64,000 bases of DNA, from contig OZ243972.1 in assembly GCA_965214705.1 (NCBI GenBank), positions 1 through 64,000 on the forward strand. Direction: 5' to 3'. Positions within the stretch are counted from its first letter, which is position 1, and every line of letters starts with the position of its first letter. The position numbers were made by a program, and so were the translations under genes. The DNA is from Alphaproteobacteria bacterium. GTDB taxonomy: Bacteria; Pseudomonadota; Alphaproteobacteria; UBA828. The notes beneath the pieces were generated by a model, which worked only from the letters and a program-made list of their open reading frames with translations, ran no database searches and was not told the DNA's origin. Shown here piece after piece: positions 19,689-28,191 of this stretch.

Positions 19689-20097
19689 TCGTCTGTCGAT
19701 GGCTGCCGAGAAGTGCGCTTATTTGGTGATTTCGTCACCAGGGTAGGGTGACGCTGTAGCAGCCGGTTTGGCGGTTGGATGCTTGCCTCGGCGGAGCTGT
19801 GGGTAAATCGGCTTGCCGCAGCGACCGCCCTCGAGTCTGGCAAGGCAAGCCGATTTATCCACAGCGGGCAGCAGTCTCGATTCTGATTGCGGCGGCCGAT
19901 CCGGCGACAGTTCCGCAGGCCTGACAGCAAGATCGGCAGGGGTAGACTCGGGCCGGTGAGAACGATGCGGCGCCGGCCCCGTTTGCCTGATCGCAACGGC
20001 CGGCGCCGCACCCCCGGAGCCGCGCTGGGCGCGGCTCGCATGCACAGTATCGTGCGGGATTTTGCGGGGGTCGAGCCCGTTCTCATCGACCGCCGCG

Positions 20098-20544
20098 ATG
20101 AAGAACTTCGGCCGCCTGTTCAACTGCGCCCACTGCGACCTGCAGGTTGTTCTCTGCCCGCGCTGCGACCACGGCAACATCTACTGCTCACCGGGCTGTA
20201 GCGAGATGGCGCGCAGGCACTCGGTTCGCCGTGCCGGGCAGCGCTATCAGGACAGCCACCGGGGGCGCCTCAAGCACGCGCGGCGCCAGCAGCGCTATCG
20301 AGAACGCCGTCTCGGCCAGGCCCCGGAACATGAGGGCTGCGGGCGGAAAGTGACGCATCACCCTTCGACGCGTGCGCACCGCCGTGTTGTCGTGCCACGG
20401 ACGCGGAGGACGCGTCGCGGAGCACGGCTCTTGGGGCACAGGCGGCCCGCCGGGGTCTTCCGCTGCGATCGCTGCGGCCGGTTCTGCGCCCGGTGGGTCT
20501 ATCCGGGCCTGCGCCCGGTCCGGCATCCGGCGCGAGAGGAGTGA
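20098..20544 (+). CDS. Cys-rich accessory protein upstream of istA
   Basis: [53 protein letters not shown]. Confidence 0.7.
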   Translation: MKNFGRLFNCAHCDLQVVLCPRCDHGNIYCSPGCSEMARRHSVRRAGQRYQDSHRGRLKHARRQQRYRERRLGQAPEHEGCGRKVTHHPSTRAHRRVVVPRTRRTRRGARLLGHRRPAGVFRCDRCGRFCARWVYPGLRPVRHPAREE

Positions 20545-20546
20545 GG

Positions 20547-21242
20547 ATGGCTATCGACAAGAAGACCCGCGCGGAGATCCTGCGGCTCTACCACGTCGAG
20601 AAGTGGAAGATCGGCACGATCGCACGCCAGCTCGGCGTGCATCGCTACACCGTCGAGCGGGCGCTCAGCGATGCGGGCGAGCCCCGGCACGCAATCTCGC
20701 CGAGGCCGTCGATGATCGATCCCTACGTGCCGTTCATCGTCCAGACGCTGGCGTCCTGGCCGACGCTGCCGGCCAGCCGTCTCTATCAGATGGTGCGCGA
20801 ACGCGGCTATCCGGGCGGCTCCCACCACTTCCGTCATGTGGTCGCCCCCTTCAGGCCCAAGCCCATGGCCGAGGCCTATCTGCGCCTGAAGACCCTTCCC
20901 GGCGAGCAGGCCCAGGTCGATTGGGGACACTTCGGCAAGGTCAGGATCGGGAGCGCGGAGCGCCCGTTGATGGGCTTCGTGATGGTGCTCAGCTACTCGC
21001 GGCGCATCTTCCTGCGCTTCTACCTCGGTTCGGCCATGAGCAACTTCCTGCATGGCCATATCGACGCCTTCGAGGCCTGGCAGGGGGTGCCCCGCGAGCT
21101 CTGGTACGACAACCTGAGGAGCGTCGTGCTGGGGCGCCGCGGCGACGCGATCCACTTCAATCCCCAGTTCCTCGACTTCGCCAGCCACTACCGCTTCCTG
21201 CCCAAGCCCGTCGCGATCGCGCGCGGCAACGAGAAGGGCTAC
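20547..21242 (+). pseudogene. istA: IS21 transposase IstA, truncated after GNEKG
   Basis: HTH ([13 protein letters not shown]), [27 protein letters not shown]. Confidence 0.9.
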
Positions 21243-21296
21243 GCTTCATATTGCACCTCATTAGTCGGTTGGCACACGATGTTGGGGTTGAGCGCT

Positions 21297-23318
21297 CTAT
21301 ACGCGCTTTCGGCCTTGTTGCTTGGTCGGCGGGTTGTCGGGCATTTCATAGAGATAGCTGCCCTTGTCGTTGTAGACGTGTCCGCTCAGCAGCCCGATCT
21401 CGCGCCACTTCTTGATCGTCGTGGTCGAGACCGCGAGCCTGGTGGCCATTTCGTCGACGGTCAACAAGCCGCGGGCGCGCAGTCGGTCGTAGCGTGATTT
21501 AAGCTTGTAGTCGCCGCGGATTGCCTGCACGCGCAGCGCTCGAAAGGGGGCGCCATAGCCAGTCCGGCATCCCCGTTCATTGAGGATCGTTGCGATCTCG
21601 GCGTCGGTGTGATCGTCGAGTAGCTCGTCGATCTGGGCAATGACCTCGGGCGGGGTCTTGTAACGCTGCCACGCCGGCGCCTCGGGCTCGATGACGAGCT
21701 GGCGGGTGGCTCCGCCTCGAAGGCGCACTCCCAGGCGGAGATCCTTGCCCTTGACCAGGGTCACGTCCTCGATCAGCAATCGCGCGATCCGCTTGCGCTC
21801 GCGGTACGGCGTTGCAGGGTCGTTCCACAAGCGCGGAAAGTCCGTCGCCAGCGCGAGGACTCGTTGGCGTTGCTGCTCCCCGAGCTCGTGGCTCTGCTCG
21901 GCGCGGCGATGATCGAGATCGCGCTGTGCCTCGTCCAGAGCACGAAGCTTGGCGTTCCATTCCGCCTCCAGCACGTCGGCCACCATGCGGTTCTCGGGAT
22001 GGGTTTGCATGAAGCGCTGGCGCGCCAGATCAGCCTCTTCGCGGGCGCGCTGCACCTGCTGGGCACGCCAGGCGTCGACCTCTTCAGCACGCGCGGAAAG
22101 TTCGGCGTGTACCTCCAATGCCACTTGCAGCGCGACCGGCGTCATCAACTCGACCAGCAGTTCGCCGATTGCCCGGTCGATACCGGCACCGGCGATTTGC
22201 TGGCATATCCGGCTCGCCGTATCGATGCCTTCCCGCTGGCACATGTAGTCCGGCACCTGCCGCCCCCGGCGGGTGTGGTAGCGCACGGTCATGCGGTCGC
22301 CGCAAACCCCGCAGAGGGCCAGGCCCTGGAGCAGCGCCGGCCCTTCGCGTGGAGCGCTGCGCCGGGGCACGCCATAGGCCTGAGCGTTGTCCCGGAGCTG
22401 GCGCTGATTGGCCTCGAAGCGCTCCCAGGAGATATAGCCCGGGTGCGCGTCGGGGAGCAGCACGGTCCATTCCTCGCGCGCGAGCCGCTTCACTTCAACA
22501 CCGCCACCGGGACGCCGACGGTGGCAGTGGCGCCCGAACGCGAAGGCGCCGGCGTATCGTGGGTTGTGCAGCACCTCCAGCACCCGATAGAGCTTGAGCG
22601 GCTGCCAATGCAGCTCACCCTTGTGCGGTCCGCTGCGCGGCCGGCGGGGAAAGAGCAGTCCTTCGTCACGGAAGTGCTTCACCGTGGCGCAGGCCGTGCC
22701 GGTGCGGGTGAAGGTGTCGAAGAGCAGCCTGAGGCTGTGTTGAACCTGCGCATCGGGATCGAGAACCACACGATCGAGCGGGTCGTACACCAGCCCCAGT
22801 GGCAGCGGCATCTTCAACTCGCCGCGTTTGGCTCGATTGAGGATTCCGCCGCGCAGCCGGGCGCGCAGCAAATGGAGCTCCGCCTCCGACATCGTCCCTT
22901 TCAGCCCGAGCAGGAGCCTATCGTTGAAGTCGCCGGGATCGTAGACGCCGTCTTCATCGAGGATCAGCGTCTCGCTCAGGGCGCAGATCTCGACCAGCCG
23001 GCACCACTCGGTGGAGTTGCGCGCGAGCCTGGACACCTCGAGGCCGAGCACGATCCCGGCCCGACCCATGCCGACCTCGGCAACCAGATGCTTGAAGCCC
23101 TCACGGTCTCTGTCGGCGCCGGATAGCCCCTGATCGCTATCGATCACGACGATGCTCTCGGTCGGCCAGCCCAGAGCGACGGCCCGTTCGCGCAGGGCGT
23201 ACTGGCGGAGCGTGCTCTCGCCATTCTCGTACACCTGGCGCGGGGTGGACTGACGCACGTACAGATAGGCATGGCGGCTCAGGTGGCTCGTGCTCACCTT
23301 CTGATGGGCAGTACTCAT
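21297..23318 (-). CDS. Large serine recombinase (resolvase + recombinase + Zn ribbon)
   Basis: AYLYVRQST (catalytic S), [21 protein letters not shown]; ATG 23318 with RBS GGGGAG. Confidence 0.93.
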   Translation of the reverse strand: MSTAHQKVSTSHLSRHAYLYVRQSTPRQVYENGESTLRQYALRERAVALGWPTESIVVIDSDQGLSGADRDREGFKHLVAEVGMGRAGIVLGLEVSRLARNSTEWCRLVEICALSETLILDEDGVYDPGDFNDRLLLGLKGTMSEAELHLLRARLRGGILNRAKRGELKMPLPLGLVYDPLDRVVLDPDAQVQHSLRLLFDTFTRTGTACATVKHFRDEGLLFPRRPRSGPHKGELHWQPLKLYRVLEVLHNPRYAGAFAFGRHCHRRRPGGGVEVKRLAREEWTVLLPDAHPGYISWERFEANQRQLRDNAQAYGVPRRSAPREGPALLQGLALCGVCGDRMTVRYHTRRGRQVPDYMCQREGIDTASRICQQIAGAGIDRAIGELLVELMTPVALQVALEVHAELSARAEEVDAWRAQQVQRAREEADLARQRFMQTHPENRMVADVLEAEWNAKLRALDEAQRDLDHRRAEQSHELGEQQRQRVLALATDFPRLWNDPATPYRERKRIARLLIEDVTLVKGKDLRLGVRLRGGATRQLVIEPEAPAWQRYKTPPEVIAQIDELLDDHTDAEIATILNERGCRTGYGAPFRALRVQAIRGDYKLKSRYDRLRARGLLTVDEMATRLAVSTTTIKKWREIGLLSGHVYNDKGSYLYEMPDNPPTKQQGRKRV

Positions 23319-23608
23319 GCCAACTCCCCTTCCATGTGGACTTTGACCATCGCGAGAAGAATGTCGATCACCGGCCTCTCGACCCTGGCGGGCAGTGCCT
23401 TGGGCGACGCGCCCGCGCACACGCCGGCAGGCGCGGCGGGCAGCTCGGCGGACACGAACAGCCAGGCGGCGATGCCGCGCCGTACCATCACGGCGAGCCC
23501 CTGTCGGTCGAGCGGCGTGCCGGGCTCGAGCGCGTGGCGGCGCATCTGCTCGTAGCCCTGCGCATACGCCGAATGCGTCAACGGAAGCGCCAGCGGTGTC
23601 GGCGTCAT
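23315..23608 (-). CDS. Small hypothetical protein (Y4bB-like)
   Basis: YEQMRRHAL, GLAVMVRRGIAAW; ATGA-coupled on both sides. Confidence 0.75.
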   Translation of the reverse strand: MTPTPLALPLTHSAYAQGYEQMRRHALEPGTPLDRQGLAVMVRRGIAAWLFVSAELPAAPAGVCAGASPKALPARVERPVIDILLAMVKVHMEGELA

Positions 23609-24066
23609 GCGCGTTTTTTTCCCCGCGCGAGCGCGCGTTCGATGCTGCGGCGATGGACCCGCAGGCCGAAGCGCTCGCGCACGAGGTCGACCAGCTCGCG
23701 GGTGCTGAGTTCCGGCTGTTCGCTCTTTGCCGCGCGCAACGCCTCGACCACTTCGTCGCTGAGCTTGTGGGCTCGCCGGGGGCCGCGCCGGTGCGGCAAC
23801 AGCGCCGGCAGGCCGCCTGCCTCGAAGGCGAGCTGTGCCTGGTACCAGGTGGGCCGCGAGACGCCGAAGCTCGCAGCGGCACGGCTGATGGGCACGCCGT
23901 CTTCGCGCACACGGCGCAGCATCTCGTACTTGACCTGGAGCAGGTCGCGCGGATCGAAGAATGCGTTGGACAGGAACAGCTCGTCGCGAACCGCGTCGGG
24001 ACGCGGGTTCAGACAGCCATGCTGCTTGAGGGCATCGGTCTTTGCATCGGCTGAACGTCTGGCCAT
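23605..24066 (-). CDS. HTH protein (Y4bC-like)
   Basis: LNPRPDAV, FFDPRDLLQVKYEMLR, FGVSRPTWY, VHRRSIERAL; RBS GGAGG. Confidence 0.85.
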   Translation of the reverse strand: MARRSADAKTDALKQHGCLNPRPDAVRDELFLSNAFFDPRDLLQVKYEMLRRVREDGVPISRAAASFGVSRPTWYQAQLAFEAGGLPALLPHRRGPRRAHKLSDEVVEALRAAKSEQPELSTRELVDLVRERFGLRVHRRSIERALARGKKRA

Positions 24067-24247
24067 GGGGTGGCCTCCATCTGCAACGAATGTAAGGAAT
24101 ATTATGCCGCAATCATATGCGGTGTCAAGCTGGTCCTGCCTCAGTTCTTCTCGTGATCTGAAGAATCTGTATGAACAACGCCCGATATAGACAAGACAGT
24201 TTGCCGGAAAGGGGAAGGGCGCTCCAACGCATTGGGCAAAATATATC

Positions 24248-24601
24248 TTACACATGCGGCGTAATACTCTTTACAGTGCCGCTGCCACCGCCAGCGCTAC
24301 TCCCAAACAAACCATCCTCGTGCAGGCCATCCAACAGTGCAGCCAGAGCCAGCAGATCCGGAAGCCGAAAGGCCGAGCGACCAGACGCGACGATGACGAA
24401 GGGATCCTTGGCCCCAGCACTGGTCCACGCCGCTGTGAGGGAACGCACCACCCCGTCCCCGTCGACGTAATCCACCCGTTCTATCCCCCGGCACACCCGG
24501 CTCTGAAGAAGCTCGAACTCCCGTCCGTGGAGGGGATGAAACGGGTGCGTCACCCGAAAGGTTCGACCCTCATGCTGTGGATCGAGTGCAGTTGAATGCT
24601 T
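24248..24601 (-). CDS. DUF5372/Y4bD-like protein lacking its own ATG/RBS at the element end
   Basis: FRVTHPFHPLHGREF, AAWTS, GRSAFRLPDLLAL; frame is open up to the element end. Confidence 0.75.
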   Translation of the reverse strand, partial: KHSTALDPQHEGRTFRVTHPFHPLHGREFELLQSRVCRGIERVDYVDGDGVVRSLTAAWTSAGAKDPFVIVASGRSAFRLPDLLALAALLDGLHEDGLFGSSAGGGSGTVKSITPHV

Positions 24602-25478
24602 GGTCCAAGGAAGAACCCGACCGGCGATTTCACTCGCTGATCGACAAGGTATGGCGGGCTGACCTTTTGATGGAAGCCTGGGCACAGGTTCGCCGCAATG
24701 GCGGCTCAGCCGGGGTGGACGGGGAGACCGTCGAGAGTGTCGAGTCGTACGGCGTAGACCGCTGGCTCGGGGAACTGGCGCGGGATCTGAAGGATGGGAC
24801 CTACAAACCAAAACCGGTGCGGCAGGTCCTGATCCCGAAGAAACAGCCCGGCAAGTTCCGGCCGTTGGGCATCCCTTGTATCAGGGACCGGGTGGCTCAG
24901 ACGTCAGCCATGCTCGTGCTGACGCCGATTTTCGAAGCCGATCTACAACCGGAACAGTACGCCTACAGGCCGGAGCGGAGCGCCCACGACGCGGTGAAGC
25001 GTGCGCATAGCCTCCTGAACACGGGGCACAATCAAGTTGTTGATTGCGATCTGTCCAACTACTTCGGCGAAATCCCTCACGCCGAGTTAATGAAGAGCCT
25101 TGCCCGGCGCATTAGCGATGGGCGGATGTTGGGGCTCATCAAGGCGTGGTTGGAAATGCCCGTCGAAGAGGACGACGGCGAGGGCGGCAAACGCCGCACG
25201 AACCGGGCGCGCAGGGAGCGGAAGGGACGCCTCAAGGCTCGCCGATCTCACCCCTGCTCAGCAGCATCTACATGCGGCGCTTCATACTGGGCTGGAAGGC
25301 GCTGGGTCACGCCCAGCGCTTCTGTGCGGAGATCGTGAACTACGCTGACGATATCTGTGTTCTCGGCAAGGCCCCGGCGGCGGACATGCTGACGGCGGTC
25401 AACCGGCTCATGGACGGTCTGAAGCTAACGGTCAACGCGCGGAAAACCCGATGCTTGCGGTGCCCAGAGGAGTCTTTC
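24598..25478 (+). pseudogene. ltrA: Group II intron RT/maturase, 5' part (frameshift near 25225)
   Basis: RFHSLIDKVW, GSAGVDG, RPLGIPCIRDRVAQ, DLSNYF, GTPQGSPISPLL in a shifted frame, YADD. Confidence 0.9.
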
Positions 25479-27638
25479 CCCAAGTTGGCACTTTTGTCCT
25501 ACCCATGTCCTTTATCGTGTTGATGTAACGCGATATTTCTCTCGGCCGGTTCCAACATGGCACTACATTTTGTTGGATTCTGTCAGTTCGGCAGGCGGGT
25601 CCTCGTGCGGTGGATGGCGGGTTCCACGCCCGCCGCCGAGGAGATTGCGGCAACCTCAGCGGCCGGGCGCGTGTCCTGTCGATTGACGATCAAGGTGCCG
25701 TCGGTCTGGCGCAGGCGCGTGGTGATCCGCACCCAGGTCCGCATGCTCTCGCGGATCGATGCCCAGCACTTGTGGATGTCCCGCGCGGCCAGCCGGGTAC
25801 GGATCAGATGCACGGCGTGGTAGGCCAGCACGGCGATCAGCAGGTGGGCCGCGATGCGCCGGTCGAGCTGGTGCCAGATCGGGCGAAGGCCGAGTTCGGA
25901 TTTCAGGCTTCGGAATGTCGCCTCGATATCCGTGATCCGCCAGTACGTCCGCAGGACCGTCTCGATATCCCAGTCGACGTGGCTGGTGCGCAGCACATAG
26001 GCGCCCGCGCCCTCATCGGCCTCGTCGTATCGCGGCCTGCGCTTGAAGCGCACGGCGGTGGCATTGGGGCCGGTGTCCGCCTTCTCGACCGTGATCTCGT
26101 AGTGCCTGGCGACGGCGGAGAAGCGCTGCTTGAGGCGGCCTATGCTCTCCAGCACCTTGTCGTAGCGCTTGAGGCGGCCCTTGACCGCAAGGCCGCCGTG
26201 GAGCCTTTGCAGCGCCGCCTCGAAGCGGTTCCGCCTCAGGCCGATGATCGCGTTCTCGGCCTTCTTCTTGCCCTCGCTGACGACGTAGAGCCGCGCCTCG
26301 CCGTCCTCGCTGGCAAGCCGCCAGGCCCGCACCTCGTGGCGCGCGCTGGTGATCAGCAGGGCCTCGGGTCCGCCCTCGGGCGGCGCAGGCCTGGCACCGC
26401 GGCTGACCGCGATCCAGTCGTAGCCCGGCTCGCCCAGCCAGACGATGTTCTCCTCGGTGGCGATGCCCGCGTCCATGACCACCGTGGGCTTCGCCGCCGT
26501 GCCGCCGCATACCGCCTCGAGCCGGGCCAGCGCCTCGTGCAGCGTGCCCGGCTCGCTCACGTTGCCGGGCAGGATCTCGCAACTGCGCGGGAAGCCCGCA
26601 CCGTCGAGCGCCAGCGCCAGCGTGATGAGGGGACAGTCGTCGCGCTTCTGCTTGGAGCGCCCGAACCTGGGAAGCTCGCCGTCGGTGTGGCCGTGGTAGT
26701 GGACGTTGGTGAGATCGTAGAAGGCGATCGTCTCGGGCAGGTCGAGCAGCGCGCGCTCACGGTTGAACAGTTCCCTCTGGATGGCGGCCCGGTGGCGCCA
26801 GAGCAGGTCGCCGATGCGATAGAGCGTCTTGCGCCGCAGCGCCTTGCGGTCGCCCTCCAGGCCCAGGAGCTCGGCGGCCGCGCTGTCGTGGCGGAGCCAG
26901 CGGCTGGTATCACGCTCGCTGGCGGGATGGACCATCCTGGCGACGATCAGCGCGCTGGCGATGCGTCCGTCGCGGCCCTTGATGTCGAGGCCGTGGAGGA
27001 TTTCGGCGAAGCCAAGGTCGTCGAGGGCCTTGAGGCACAGGCGCTCGCAGCCGACGGTGCGCGGGTTCTCATGCTCCAGGGTATCGAGGTCGACGGTGGC
27101 GATCTCGGGCTTGCGCGCCTCTTCCTGCATCGCCTCGGCACGGAACCCCCTGGCCCTGAGCTTGGCGACGATGTCCTCGGCTGCGGCCTGCACGTCCGGG
27201 ACGGCTTGGAGCAGCGGCGGGCGGCCGTGCAGCAGCGCCTCGGCGAGTTCGGCCACTTCGCGCCATTTCTCCTTCGGCACCGGATAGTCGGTGCCGAGGT
27301 TGAGGAGCGTGCGCTGCCTGACCTTGTCGCCGATGCGCTGGGAGAGCACGAGGCGATGGCTTCGGACGGGCTTGCCGTCGGTGGTGTGGGTCTTGGTTGC
27401 CCTGATGAACATGTCGCCCGTCGCGAGATTGTTGCGAGGGGCCAAGATTTGTCGGCTTGGGGTCTGGGGTCAAGGGAAAATCGTCAATACCTAACAACTC
27501 CTGGCACTACAACGCGCTTCCAGCGCCTCAATTACACATATAGTGGCATCATCTCGGAGCTACCCCAATATGTGGTACTTCGGTCCGCAAAATATGGGCA
27601 GACCGGCATTGAGCAACCGGAAAAAGTGCCAACTTGGG
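25479..27638 (-). mobile_element. IS1634 family element 1
   Basis: IRs CCCAAGTTGGCACTTTT / AAAAGTGCCAACTTGGG; TTTC target duplication; removal restores EESF-EFLGY in the RT. Confidence 0.93.
25583..27412 (-). CDS. IS1634 DDE transposase
   Basis: YDLTN, FGRSKQKRDDC, VMDAG, IEATFRSLKSELGLRPIWH. Confidence 0.93.
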   Translation of the reverse strand: MFIRATKTHTTDGKPVRSHRLVLSQRIGDKVRQRTLLNLGTDYPVPKEKWREVAELAEALLHGRPPLLQAVPDVQAAAEDIVAKLRARGFRAEAMQEEARKPEIATVDLDTLEHENPRTVGCERLCLKALDDLGFAEILHGLDIKGRDGRIASALIVARMVHPASERDTSRWLRHDSAAAELLGLEGDRKALRRKTLYRIGDLLWRHRAAIQRELFNRERALLDLPETIAFYDLTNVHYHGHTDGELPRFGRSKQKRDDCPLITLALALDGAGFPRSCEILPGNVSEPGTLHEALARLEAVCGGTAAKPTVVMDAGIATEENIVWLGEPGYDWIAVSRGARPAPPEGGPEALLITSARHEVRAWRLASEDGEARLYVVSEGKKKAENAIIGLRRNRFEAALQRLHGGLAVKGRLKRYDKVLESIGRLKQRFSAVARHYEITVEKADTGPNATAVRFKRRPRYDEADEGAGAYVLRTSHVDWDIETVLRTYWRITDIEATFRSLKSELGLRPIWHQLDRRIAAHLLIAVLAYHAVHLIRTRLAARDIHKCWASIRESMRTWVRITTRLRQTDGTLIVNRQDTRPAAEVAAISSAAGVEPAIHRTRTRLPN

Positions 27639-28038
27639 TTTCGAGTTTCTGGGCTACCGCATCGGATGCAACTATCGACCCCATGGGAAGGGAGCCTACA
27701 TCGGCACCCGGCCCAGCAAGGCGAGCGTCCGGAGCATCTGCCGCGAGATCAGCGAGTTGACTAGACCGCGATACGGCCACCTGCCTGTTGAGGAAATCGT
27801 GAGCCGACTAAACCGGACGATGACCGGTTGGGCGAACTACTTCAGCCTCGGGCAGGTCAACCCGGCCTACAGAGCGATCGACCGACACGCGACCAAGCGG
27901 CTGCACCAGTGGCTCTGTCGGAAGCACAAGACGAAGTCCGGGAAAATCGTGCGCTTCCCGGACGCAAGACTAGGTCACAAATACGGCCTCAAGTATCTGG
28001 AGCCAACGACCAGGGGCCTTCCGTGGGCGACGGCATGA
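27639..28038 (+). pseudogene. ltrA: Group II intron RT/maturase, 3' part (domain X)
   Basis: FEFLGY, LNRTMTGWANYF, WLCRKHK. Confidence 0.88.
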
Positions 28039-28046
28039 TCTCGTCC

Positions 28047-28191
28047 GAAAGCCGGATGCGTTAGTAGCGCACGTCCGGTTTGATGAGCGGGGGACTGGAA
28101 ACGCGGTCAAGGGAGTCGGATTGAGGCCCAGAGCGAAAGCGACGGAACCGCCACCGAACCCTAAATCTGGCGCGCCAGCCCCCGACTCTAC
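28047..28191 (+). ncRNA. Group II intron domains V and VI
   Basis: GAAAGCCGGATGCG..CGCACGTCCGGTTTGATGAGCGGGGG (AGC triad, AC bulge); terminal ACTCTAC. Confidence 0.9.

Larger units (their letters stand above)
19694..21242 (+). mobile_element. IS21-family remnant (accessory Cys-rich ORF + 5' istA; istB absent)
   Basis: Possible TG end at 19694 (uncertain); istA motifs below. Confidence 0.6.
21243..24601 (-). mobile_element. Four-gene large serine recombinase element (resembles the y4bA-D cluster of pNGR234a)
   Basis: GCTT direct repeat at 21243-21246 and 24598-24601; joined ends give GTGCA-N7-GC-N7-TGCAC symmetry; gene order DUF5372-like, HTH, small ORF, recombinase. Confidence 0.8.
24598..28191 (+). 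mobile_element. Degenerate group II intron (5' truncated, RT frameshifted and IS-interrupted)
   Basis: RT motifs plus DV/DVI; 3' end ...CCCGACTCTAC at 28191. Confidence 0.9.

Noticed and set aside
23319-23912. 871-aa recombinase call
   Set aside because: The extension overlaps two ATGA-coupled genes; the real start is 23318.
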